Shown piece by piece: positions 1 to 12,334 of a stretch of 64,000 nucleotides of DNA. Every line of letters starts with the position of its first letter. Position 1 is the first letter of the stretch. This DNA is from Octopus sinensis (Eukaryota): positions 30,876,001 to 30,940,000 of the forward strand of contig NC_043001.1 in NCBI RefSeq assembly GCF_006345805.1, written 5' to 3'. A program made the translations under genes and the position numbers. Below the pieces are notes generated by a model. That model did no database searches, had not been told where the DNA came from, and saw only the letters and a list, made by a program, of their open reading frames with translations.

Positions 1-165
1 TCAAGCCACTCACTTTTCCTCCTAAATTCACCTGCCTACTTTTGCATTGTTGATAATGCTGGAGTGTCATCCCCCAATGTAGCAACCATGTCAGTATGAA
101 TGTGCTTGGAGGCTAAACCCTTTTTCTACTGGTACTTGATAACACCACAAAGCCAAATTTTGTCC
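1..165 (-). mobile_element. Decayed mariner transposase, N-terminal HTH region (runs off window start)
   Basis: Minus strand reads MDKIWLCGVIKYQ*KKGLASKHIHTDMVATLGDDTPALSTMQK..GEFRR, matching the mariner N-terminus; contains a stop and a frameshift. Confidence 0.8.
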
Positions 166-959
166 ATTTTCAAGAGAAGTTATTACTAGTCACTTTTGAA
201 GTCTTCTTTGAACAGTTATGTCAGTTTAGCTGGAAAAAACAATCCATTTATTAAGAAGATTTGAAATTAATGCATGCAAGATTTCACAGCTCTAGCAACA
301 CTCTTTCATAGTCAGCCTTTGTACTTTTCAGTTCACCCACATATATCATTGTGAGTATGTGTATATATATTAAAAACACATACACACACTTTCATGTATA
401 TATATATAAATGTATGTGTGTTTTTTCAATGTTTACAAATAACATGGAAAAAAAAAATAGTTACCAGGGTAGCAAAAATTCACACAAGCACTTAGGATGT
501 AACAGCCTACTTATAAAGGTAGAAACTCCAGGTTTAGGTGAAATGATTTTGTATAATATAGATAAATAAATAAATGGAGTTAAATGCAGGTGTTATTCAA
601 ATCTTTTTACTTCCAACATATGTTTCAAAGAAAACATTGGTGTTATTCCAGAAGGAATAAAATGGTGTAAAACAATGCAATCTTCTCATCAGGGAAAGAA
701 AGAAACCAAACACATCAATAAGACATTTTAATGGAATGTGATGACTGCAGATATGATGAAGGGAACACTAGCAAGTTTAAAAAAAAAAACTGTTAGTCGA
801 TATAACGTCAAAGGTATTTTATGGAAAGAGAAGGAGGAGAAAAAAAGAAATTAGCAGAAAACAAATAGTGGAGAGATATAGAGCGATAGGTGAATAGGAA
901 TAAAGCTTAAAGGCATGGAAGTGAAATGTAAGAAGACAGTCAAAGGTCGAATTTTATAG

Positions 960-1840
960 AATGGTAGAAATCATTTATAGAAACTAAAGGTATGTGTCTA
1001 CCAATGTTTGCAATGATAAATGTGTTCTATAAACATGATTACAAGAGGATTCTCTGAGAACAGGATGAAATACATTTCACTGTTACACAAAGATTTACCT
1101 TTATCATACAGAAAAGATATAGAGAGCATATTCCATTCCAAATCAAATTGTTTATTATGATCCTTTAGATACCAAATTAATTTACTAAGCCCAGTATTGT
1201 TATGCTTATTGATATGTCTAAATGTAGAGTAATGATTAGATATTCTTTTGGACAACTGAGATGAAAAACTACCTATACAAAAAAAGTCAGAACTAGAAGT
1301 AATTTTACATTGATAAATAGAGTTTCTAGTCTTAGAATTACTTCTAATAAAATGAATGTGATTGGAGTCAACATCAGAAACACTAACACTGCTGCTATTA
1401 TTACTTAAAGAATGGTTAGTGCTAGCAAAATCAATGTTACTATTTTCATTAAGTGGATTTGTATTTAATAACTTATTATTTTGTGAAGAGATGATTTGTG
1501 AAAAATTTTTTGTGTTAGAAAAACCTATCCTGATTCAGTGTGAATTAATAATCAAATAGTATCTTGAATTTCTTTGGAAATTCTTTTCTCTAGCTTCACG
1601 AAACTGGTGAGGGAGGTTGGATTTGATCTGCTTATCATATGGAATTATTAACCAAACAGTTTTGCTAGGACAAACCTTGTTATTAGGGTAGTTATCTTTA
1701 AATGGCCTTGATGTACCTTTATAAAAAAAAAAGGGGGTCCTAAATAACACTTATCTCCCTTATGCTGCAGAATTAGATTACTTGATTTGGTGTTGTTATT
1801 CGAAATAAAATTAATATTGTTATCACTTGATTTCATGTCC
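960..1840 (-). mobile_element. Penelope-like element ORF remnant (RT thumb, linker and GIY-YIG endonuclease)
   Basis: ORF 1535-1750 (TVWLIIPYDKQIKSNLPHQF...) resembles the PLE IIWFNPPFSKNVKTNI motif. IYQCKIT..FCIG near 1270-1320 is GIY-YIG-like. ORF 998-1255 (KRISNHYSTFRH...TGLSKLIWYLKD...EWN...LCNSE) matches the PLE endonuclease C-terminus. Confidence 0.85.
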
Positions 1841-1993
1841 TGATTAATAGAGGTAGAATTAATGTCAATAGAGGAGAAAAATGCATTGTTTTACACCATT
1901 TTATTCCTTCTGGAATAATACCAATGTTTTCTTTGAAACATATGTTGGAAGTAAAAAGATTTTAATAACACCGGTATTTAACTTCATTTATTT

Positions 1994-2069
<76 letters not shown>

Positions 2070-2123
2070 TACATACATACATACATACATACATACATAC
2101 ATACATACGTATATATATGTTTT

Positions 2124-2363
2124 CCGGGTGTGCAAAAGTAGGTATACAGTAAGTATCACATGAATTTAATTCATGAAAATTATTAGCATATTAAATTCGT
2201 TAGCCTCATTTTTGATATTTTCAGTGTCCTTAATCATAATAATACATTTATCATAACTATAATAATACTTTTATTGTAACTTTTAATTTTTCTGATAAAA
2301 TTAAATGTGTATTGTATGTGTTTTCTTTTTTCATAACTGTATACCTACCTATGCACCACCCTG
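2124..2363. mobile_element. Tc1/mariner-type MITE
   Basis: Imperfect ~28-bp TIRs CCGGGTGTGCAAAAGTAGGTATACAGT / ACTGTATACCTACCTATGCACCACCCTG, with TA after the right end. Confidence 0.7.
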
Positions 2364-3123
2364 TATACACTGGCAGCTCATGTATAGGAACTGCAGCACC
2401 CCCTATTTCCACTTGATATTATCAATAACATTCAATATAATGAGTCCTTTTTTTTCTTTAATTATTTATTTATACATGTACATGATATAATCCTTAAGCT
2501 TAATATCAGTAGCCATTCCCTAGTTTATGAAAAAAATACAAAAATCCTTGGATAGAACTGTGCACTTCACAGTTCCGGCAACTCAATATTTGGCTGTTGT
2601 GCAAATACATGTCTGAGATAGGTAGTTTCACACTAAGGAGAGAGAGCACTGCATGAATGACAGTGCCAGGTGAAAGATAGCGTTTCTTTTTGACTCCCCG
2701 TGTGTTGTGCTTAAAAACGTGTTTATATGATAAAGTGTAGAATTAAATTATTATCCTGCTTCCAGCTTCAGTGTTGCTGCCAGGATTTGAAAAATAGGGT
2801 ACATTCCCCCCTATTTTGTGATTCAGGGGGGATTTTTGAAAAACAAGGGAGGAATTCACTGCAGTGCTCAGTGAACAAATTAAACACTACCTGGTAGTGG
2901 CTAAAATGTGAACTGATAAAGTTTATGCATAAATTTTCTTTTTATATGTTTGTTTCCTTTTACACAATATTAAAACAACAGATAAAATTTTCTGAAGTAG
3001 TACACCCACTAATTTTATCTTCAAGCTGCTTCAAGCTGACTCATAAATTTGGCTCGTATGGATTCTAATATATATATGACATTTATATGTATATATATAT
3101 ATTTACATATAAATACATTAATA

Positions 3124-3163
<40 letters not shown>

Positions 3164-3223
3164 CATATATTAAATATATGTGTGTATTATATGTATATGT
3201 ATTATAAATATGTATATGTATGC

Positions 3224-3256
<33 letters not shown>

Positions 3257-3756
3257 TATATTACATTATATTTATAAATTAATTATATATATATATATGT
3301 GTATGTATTATATTACATCATATTTGTAAATTCATTTTATATTTTTATATGTATATATACATATATATGTATATATAAATTTGTGTGTGTGTATATATAT
3401 AATTGTGTATGCATATATATATATAGATATATATACACATGCACATACACACACAGATATACATACACGCACACATTTACATACACACATACACACACAA
3501 ACACACATGCACACACACATATACCTAAATAAATTAATAATACATTTTATTAATTCACTCAGGCATTGCAAGACTAATAACCTGCTGTAGAACTCAATAC
3601 ACACATGACTCAGAACAAAGCATTTGTCAAGTTCGGAGCAGTAATAAGAAAATAAGATGACAAAGGAATAAATGATTATCGTATGAACTTCATTAAATTA
3701 CACCTCTTTTGTCTGCTTATGTGATTGTGTGTGTGTATACATACATGCATACATAC

Positions 3757-3837
<81 letters not shown>

Positions 3838-3841
<4 letters not shown>

Positions 3842-3990
3842 TTTGACCGACCAGTCCGTCAGGCGTCCATTTGACACTGCTGGTCACAGCACGCTGTCCA
3901 CTCCTCTCTGGATCGCGCCTTTCTCATCCATGTGATCCCAATCGTCTTCTTGAAATCGTCACTCCACCGTCGTGGATGTCTTCCGGGTGG
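3838..3990 (-). mobile_element. 3' end of an RTE-1-like LINE
   Basis: Minus strand reads PPGRHPRRWSDDFKKTIGITWMRKARSREEWTACCDQQCQMDA*, the typical RTE C-terminus (GRPxxRW...W), ending in a (TA)n tract. Confidence 0.75.
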
Positions 3991-4009
3991 TCACTGATGA
4001 GAAATTACT

Positions 4010-4043
<34 letters not shown>

Positions 4044-4236
4044 AATATATCTTTATATAAATATATCTTTATATATATATATGTTCATAAGCATAAATAA
4101 AAAAACTGTAAGATAATGATGTTCATAAAATAATCCTGTATTCCTTTGTCATCTTATTTTTTTATAAATAATACATATAAGTATATGTAGATATTTATAT
4201 GTACCATATACATCTAGAAATATATGTATATGTGTA

Positions 4237-4376
4237 TTATTTAAAAGCAGCATAAATATCACAAAAATTGTTACTCAGAGTTTCATGTTCCCGTTTGTCG
4301 GACAGTTTTGTCTGATGAACGGGAAAGTGAAGCTCTAAGTAACAGTTTTTGTGATATTCCTGCTGCTTTTAAATAA
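4237..4376. ncRNA. Fold-back element with two degenerate, divergent hammerhead ribozyme cores
   Basis: ~140-bp imperfect palindrome. + arm: TGT-CTGATGA(4312-4318)-ACG GGAA AGT-GAAG-CTCTAAG-TA/ACAG. - arm: CTGT-CCGACAA-ACG GGAA CAT-GAAA-CTCTGAG-TA/ACAA. Confidence 0.6.
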
Positions 4377-4399
4377 AGCATATTACTCTACCTCTGGTA

Positions 4400-5137
4400 T
4401 TTGAGTACTCTTTTTTCCACTATTTATGTACTTACTCTGGAATATACATATATCAATATATATATATATTTATATATAATTAATATTTATTTTTCTATAT
4501 ATATTTATATTTATATATATTTACTTATATTAATATATATTTACTTATATTTATATATATTTACTTATATTTATATATATTTACTTATATTTATATATAT
4601 ATATTTATATATATATATATATTTGTATATATATATATATATATATTTATATATGAAAAAGGCAACTGAAGATGCGCTTGTGCAATGAATTTGAAAAATC
4701 ATACTGTATAACAATGAGACACGTGTTATTCATCTCTTATTCGTTAGTGTTATGGCGCAGTCACTGATGAGAAATTCGCCTAGCAAATTATTTTATTTGC
4801 TAAAAAAATTTTGAAATCTACATATATATATATATATATTTATATATATGTACATATATATATATATATTTATACATTAAAATAACAAGGTTAAAGTTTT
4901 TATTTTTCATTCCTTTTCAAGATTGCTCTTAAATGTGGTTTTGGCCGTTTTGACTACTTCTAGTATGTAAAACCTGCCTGCTAAGGCAGTTTTCTCTTGT
5001 ATTGAAATGTACACTATTATATATATATTTATATATATATATAAACATACACACACACACATATTTATATATATATATTATATATACATATATACACACA
5101 TACATATATACATATATTTATATATACATATATACAC

Positions 5138-5201
<64 letters not shown>

Positions 5202-5202
5202 G

Positions 5203-5236
<34 letters not shown>

Positions 5237-5506
5237 TTTGTATGTATATATATGTATATTATATATATATATTTGTATGTATATATATGTATATTTTTGT
5301 ATGTATATATATGTATATATATATATATACATATATATATATAGATATATATATACATATATATGTATATATATTTATATATGCATATATATATATATTT
5401 ATATATATATATACATATATATAGATATATAGATATATATATAGATATAGATATATATTTATATATATATATACATATATATAGATATATATAGATATAT
5501 ATATAG

Positions 5507-5538
<32 letters not shown>

Positions 5539-5620
5539 GTGTGTATTTATATTATATATATATATCCACACATGTGCATATATATATATTTATATATATA
5601 TATACATATATATAGATATT

Positions 5621-5665
<45 letters not shown>

Positions 5666-5788
5666 ATTTATATTATATATATATATACACACATGTACAT
5701 ATATATATATTTATACATATAAATATATATTCATATACACACATATATATACATATATTAATATACACAAATATATATATATATATAT

Positions 5789-5830
<42 letters not shown>

Positions 5831-5880
5831 TCGTATACATATATATATGCACACACACCCCACGCACACAGACACACATA
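4400..5880. repeat. Compound (TA)n/(CA)n/(TAGA)n microsatellite field
   Basis: Directly visible; includes a 20-bp unit repeated four times at 4521-4600. Confidence 0.95.
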
Positions 5881-5920
5881 CAAAACGTAATTTGTTATTC
5901 TTTAACAAGTATAATATTAA

Positions 5921-6002
5921 CAGTGACTTTGAAGTTTCGGGAAGCTAAGCCATCGTCAGACAGTCCGATGATGGCTAGCTGGCTGAAACCTTGAAGTCAC
6001 TG
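5921..6002. ncRNA. Fold-back element with two divergent minimal hammerhead cores (GUC cleavage triplet)
   Basis: + arm: CAGT(5961)-CCGATGA-tGGCT AGCT GGCT-GAAA(5985)-CCTTGAAG-TC/ACTG. - arm: CTGACGA(5959-5953)...GAAA-CTT CA AAG-TC/ACTG. Confidence 0.65.
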
Positions 6003-6130
6003 CCAAATCTATTCCCGTTAAAGAACGATAAATTTGTACTCTATCAAATGTGTTGAGTAAAATTGCTTGTATCATAATATAAAAAGAAACATCTTGAAAA
6101 ACATATGTACATATCTAAATGCACTATATA

Positions 6131-6175
<45 letters not shown>

Positions 6176-6218
6176 CATATATATGTGTGCGTTTGTGTGT
6201 ATACATATATGTGTGTGT

Positions 6219-6249
<31 letters not shown>

Positions 6250-6582
6250 CACGCATGCGTATTATATTCAAGATGCTATCCTTGTTTTCCTGTTTTCTAT
6301 TTATACTTATTTCCACATTTTATTATTACTTTTACTTTTAGCTGAAGTTTCTTGTTATGTATTGTATTTCTTTGTGTTATTCCTTTTAGTCTTTCTTTGA
6401 TCTTACACACAAAGATATTGTACATTAATGTAATATATAACCTTGGAAACATATTTGTATTCATAGAGGCTTCTTAGCATTGCATATACATGCATGCATT
6501 TTTCCTAATTAGCTATATAGCAATTATTGCTTCATTTATACACACACACATGCACACACACACACTCAGACACATGTTTATG

Positions 6583-6645
<63 letters not shown>

Positions 6646-6959
6646 GCTACATTCTCTGTCTTATAAGAATAAAAACCCAATCTTTCTCTCCTTATATCTT
6701 TATTGCATTCAAAATGTATTTTCTTTTCTGTAAAATACCAACCTCATTCAATGCTTCAAAATTTGTTTATAAAATGTTATTGCATTAAGTTATAGCTTAA
6801 TGGTTTGAGCTTAATGGTACAGCTGGTATTTGAAGGGTGTGGGTTCAGTCTCATAGCCACCTTATGACTACTTTTTTCTGTCTTATAAGGGTAAATACCC
6901 AATCTTTCTCTGGTGTCCTTACAGCTTTACTGCATTCAAAATTTCCTTTATTGTCTGCA

Positions 6960-7020
<61 letters not shown>

Positions 7021-8032
7021 AAATAAATACCAGATTTAAATACTATAAGTATCATGTTCAGATAGTACACTAATCATGATGTGTATAATTGTCCAGTTTT
7101 TCAGGCACAAAGAAATAAATGAGAAAAGGAAAGTTAGGAGAGAAGGGGAGATAAGAATTGTCTCCTTTGGTCAGTTAGAAGGAGAATACTGATAAGGTCT
7201 ATATATGAATTAAAAATGTTTCATGAGATAAATATGATGGGAAAAGGCTGAAGTTTGTAAGAATGTATGCCTAATGTGGAGAGAGTAGTGTTCTCCAGTT
7301 CAGTAGCAGAAATTTATCAAGGTGCTTGCATTTTGATAAAATTTCTGATCTCAAATTCAGTAGGTCAGTGGAGTTCAAAGCTTTGAAAAGGATTTGAGTT
7401 CATTCAATTGTACAAAACCTACACCACCTTGATTCTTTAATGTATAGCATGCATCACTGTGTGCTGGAGCATTTTATATATATGTCTATATGAGTGATTT
7501 GCTGAGTCCCTAGACTTCAGTTTAGATAGCCATAATTGGAAAAGAATGAAACTATTTATTGTAGAAATAATCATTCTTATATATATATATATATACATAT
7601 CATATAAATTTCTGAGATAAATAGTTAATAAGATAATGATTTTTCAGATTATTAAACTGTTCATTAGAAATGGAAAATAATCTTTACAATATTTACACCT
7701 TTGCTACACTTTAGTTGTTTTGCTTTCTGATTGCCTTGAGGTGTCTTTATTCTTTTTTGTATACATGGTCCCAGATTTATTTTGAATCAGGGAGCTGCAT
7801 TTCTAAACTGATGGTAAAGTTCTTCCTGAACTAGACTGCTGATTCAGTTATATGTCAAAGGTTAAGAACATTATTACACTTAGTTTAGAAATAAAAGTTT
7901 CTAGTTCAAATGCTATCTGGCAGTATCTTTTATATTTTATTTATTTTAGTCATTAGACTACAACCTTGCTGGACAGGTTTTAGTCAAACAAATTCATCCT
8001 GGTACTTATTTTTAAGTCTAGTACTTATTCTA

Positions 8033-8367
8033 GTGAAGGCGCATGGCTCAGTGGTTAGAGTGTTGAGCTTACGATCGTGAGGTTGTGAGTTCGAATCCCG
8101 GACTTGGCTGCATGTTGTGCTCTTGAGCAAGACACTTTATTTCATGTTGCTCCAGTTCACTCAGTTGTAGAAATGAGTTGTGACGTCACAGGTGCCAAGC
8201 TGTATCAGCCTTTGCCTTTCCTTTGGATAACCCTGGTGGAGAGGGGAGGCCGGTATGTATGGATGACTGCTGGTCTTCCGTAAAACAACCTTGCCCAGAC
8301 TTGTGCCTGGGAGGGTAACTTTTTAGGTGCAATCCCATGGTCAGTCTTGACCGAAGGTGGTCTCAGC
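8033..8367 (+). mobile_element. tRNA-head SINE, family B, inserted into a family A SINE tail
   Basis: A box TGGCTCAGTGG and B box GTTCGAATCC; TSD ACTTATTCTA at 8023-8032 and 8368-8377; homologous to 35772-36071 and 59865-60115. Confidence 0.85.
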
Positions 8368-8399
8368 ACTTATTCTACCTGTTTTTTTGCTAAACTACT

Positions 8400-9700
8400 A
8401 AATCCTGGTGCAGAAAGCTGCACCAGGCTCCAATCAGATCTGGCAAAGTTTGCCCTTCCTAATGCCAACTTCTCTGAGAGTGTAGTGGGTGCTTTTACGT
8501 GCCACTGGCACAAGGGCCAGTAAGATGGTTCTGGCAATGACCACACTCAAAAGGTGTTTTTATGTGCTACTTGCATGGGATCCTGTCCAGCAGCACTGGC
8601 AACATTCGAATGCTGTTTTTCATGTGCCAGTTAGGCAACGCTGGCAACAATCATGCTCAAATGGTGCTTTTTACGTGCCATCAGCATGGGAGCCAATGAG
8701 CAGCCCTGGCAATGATCACACTTGGATGGTGCTTTTAACATTCCACTGGCACGAGTGCCAATCAGGTGTTACTGTCATCGGCTATGTCAGCAATTTTGAT
8801 TTTGATTTCACTTACCTCAACAGGCCTTCGCAAGCAAAGTTCATTATTCAATGAATGAGGGGTACTCATAAGTGGGCTGGTTACACCCACTTGCATAGTC
8901 CACGGATTATAGTCTCACTTGTCTTGTTCTGTCTTCTCAAGCACAGCATATCTCCAAAGGTCTCGGTCAGTGAGGCCCAGTGTTTGAAGGTCGTGCTTCA
9001 CCACCTCATCCCAGGTTTTCTTGGGTCTACCTCTTCCACAGGTTCCCTCTACTGTTAGGGTGTGACACTTTTTCACACAACTCTCCTCATTTATTCGCAA
9101 CACATGACCATACCAGCGCTGTTGTCTCTCTAGCACACTACATCTGATGCTTCTTAAATCCAACTTTTCCATCAGGGCGCTTACACTCTGTTGTGTATGC
9201 ACAGACATTACACATTCAGCAGGGCACACTGGCTTCATTCCTTGCAAGCTTACGCATGTCCTCAGCAGTCACAGCCATGTTTCACTGCCATGTAGCATGG
9301 CTGTTTGTACACATGCATCAGACAGTCTACCTTTTACTCTGAGCGAGAGGCCCTTTGTCATTGGCGGAGGTGGGAGCTATCTAAACTTTGCCCAGGTTAT
9401 TCTTATTCTAGCAGCTATACTTTCAGAGCATCTACCCCTGCTACTGACTTGGTTCCCTAGGTAACAGAAGCTATCAACTACTTCTAGTTTTTCTCCCTGG
9501 AATGTGACAGAAGCTGTTCTCTGCACATTTTCAGTGTTTATAGCACCTGAGCATTTGCCACATACAAAAACTATCTTCCCAGTTAGCCTTCCTTTGATAT
9601 TGCTGCACCTCTTATGTATCCATACATTACACTGGGTACATCTTATGGAGTTTCTGCCTATGCCTTTTCTACAGATCAAGCAGGGCCATCTACCTGAAGG
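8400..9700 (-). mobile_element. 5'-truncated RTE-clade LINE (post-RT region with PHD-like finger, C-terminus, 3' UTR)
   Basis: Contains LEVVDSFCYLG, IAARIRITWAKFR, ERQQRWYGHVLR and GTCGRGRPKKTWDEVVKHDL, all RTE hallmarks; frameshifted. Confidence 0.9.
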
Positions 9701-9724
9701 GATTTATATATATATGTGTGTGTG

Positions 9725-9763
<39 letters not shown>

Positions 9764-9775
9764 AATGTATATATG

Positions 9776-9823
<48 letters not shown>

Positions 9824-11119
9824 ACATGTATATATATATATACATACATACATACACACACATGTGTATATTTATTCCTTTCTTTTTCTTTCTTTCTTTA
9901 CTTACTACATAGGAAACAGTCACACACTTTCCTATTCCACTGGAAAGTAAAAAAACAAAGTCATCAGTGAATATTGAAAGTGAATTTTATACAATACACA
10001 ATAGAAATGTTTTTACTAGGAAAAATTCATCACAGCTCATGCAAAGAATTTACTTCTTTGATTAGCAAGCAATAATTTTAGATTAGTTATCATATTTAAT
10101 AAATTTGAAGAGAATATGGAATTCCGATTTTCTTTTTAGAATTCCCTCGTGTGAAGAATAGTGTTATGCAAAAGGGGGATCAGGTTTACTTTGACTTGGA
10201 ATTATGGTTTAACCCTTTAGCATATTCAGCTTCTCATATGTACAGTACATTGTCATTATAACAATAAACAATCACATCATTGAAATCTCAAAGCTATGAG
10301 ATAATGATTGATCCATTCGAAACAATGTAAATACAGAAGCATTACATGTGACAGAATTCCAATTGCTATAGGGTTAAGAGTAAAACATTGCTAGGAAATT
10401 AGGATTTGGGAAATTGTTATTTTTGCTTTATTGTTTCTTTTTAGTTTCCAGTTTTTATTTGAGGGAACCCAGAGCATGATGTCAATATAAGAAAATAAAC
10501 TATTTTCTCCATTCTCATGGTTGTAAAATATTTATATACAATCTCCTATATTTATATATAATTTCCTATATTTATAAACTGCTGTGTATTTGATGTTTCT
10601 TTACACTAAGTAAGTAAATAATTTTTGCAAATAAATAGATAGCCTTTCCATTAGCTACATTTTTCAATATTCACTGTTGGCTTTTTTTTTTACAACTTTC
10701 ATTTAACTGTTTTTGAACTTCTTTTATTTCTTGTAATTTGTTGTATTTAAGCTATGTAATATCTATATGGAAATCTTTTTTTTAGCAAGATTATTTTTGA
10801 AAACTATTTAAAACTTCTGACCTAAGTAACTAAGAAACAAAAGTCATTAACTAGCACAAATACATGCACGCATGCGCGCACACACACACGTTTGAAAACT
10901 AGGCAAAAATCAATGTCATTAATATTTTAAAAGATTTTTATTTCTACAGCTGTTTCAACAGCACAAATAAATATTCACTACCACATAATTATTGATAATT
11001 ACATAAAAATATTTACATAAGAACATAAGATGTGAGTGTCGTTTCATCATTATGATTAAAAACTATGCTGTACCAAATATTTATATATTTACATATATAT
11101 GTACATGATATGATGTATG

Positions 11120-11168
<49 letters not shown>

Positions 11169-11175
11169 GATGTAT

Positions 11176-11442
11176 ATTATTTACATTTGCGGATATTTGT
11201 CCTCATCTTGTTTGTTGTTAACACAACATTTCAACTGATATACCCTCCAGTCTTCATCAGGTGTCTTGGGGAAATTTCAAACCTGATTTCTGATTCCTAA
11301 GGTATTTTTCAATGTTATTATTATTATTATTATTGTTATTGTTCAGATCTGGAATTGAGCCCACGGGCATATGGCATAGTGTTTAAGTGGGTGGGCTACT
11401 AATCCCAAGATTCCGAGCTCAATTCCAGACAGTGACCTGAAC

Positions 11443-11486
<44 letters not shown>

Positions 11487-11665
11487 TAATAACATGAAAA
11501 AATACCTTAGGAATGAGAACCCAGGTTCAAAATTTCCCTAAGTCACCTGATGAAGGCTGGAGGGTACATCAGTCGAATGTGTTATCAACAAGCAAGCTGA
11601 GGACAAATATCTGTCAAATGTAAATAATGTGCATAATTCCTCATCTTTTAAACTTAGAACTGTAT
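11176..11665. mobile_element. Inverted pair of a tRNA-head plus hammerhead-tail element (SINE/retrozyme-like)
   Basis: + arm: A box 11372-11382, B-box-like 11417-11426, (AAT)n, CTGATGA 11547-11553. The - arm mirrors it, reading GACAC-CTGATGA-a-GACTG..CAGTT-GAAA-TGTT/GTGTT (11265-11220). Confidence 0.75.
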
Positions 11666-11821
11666 ATAATGTATGTATATATATATATGATATGATATGA
11701 TGTATTCATATGTATAAGTTATGATGTGTGTGTGCATATATATATATGAATGGATGCATATGTATGTTTCATATGACATATGCTTGCATTTATATATCAT
11801 GATTTATATATTGTATACAGT

Positions 11822-11871
<50 letters not shown>

Positions 11872-12089
11872 ATGTGTGTGTGTGTGTGTGAGGATATGTG
11901 TGTGTGTATCTAAGTATATATATCATCATATATCATTAAAAAATTGACTGTTATTTTTGAAGGAAAACTTATTCCCTATTTGCACACACTAACATATACA
12001 TACATTTACAAATATATCATAATCTATATAAATATATTGCCTACATATTGATCATTGATGCATATTCTCTCTACACATATATATCTATA

Positions 12090-12139
<50 letters not shown>

Positions 12140-12334
12140 CACACACACATACATACATACATTTACTGCCAATCAGTGTATTACTTGTTATGGCATATAA
12201 CTAGTAAGAAGGTTACTTTCAGTTTCTGGCTGACTATGGCACTTGGCAATGTTGATGACTCTTTAGACATACTAGCTGGAAGAACATAACCTCTTTTATC
12301 CTGCAGGTGTATATATATATATATATATATAGAC

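Noticed and set aside
4655-4735. CTGAAGA...GAGACACGTGTT as a hammerhead
   Set aside because: GAAA is altered and stem I does not pair.
3299-6400. Many YI/HT/CV-rich ORFs (also 14815-15850, 21503-22019)
   Set aside because: Translations of (TA)n/(CA)n microsatellites, open in several frames on both strands.
8033-8110. tRNA-like cloverleaf heads (also 11365, 35772, 43297)
   Set aside because: No acceptor-stem closure, and each continues into a SINE body; not tRNA genes.
10140-10183. Possible upstream P3H mini-exon EFPRVKNSVMQKGDQ
   Set aside because: Weak donor (GTTTAC) and no similarity to the expected P3H segment.
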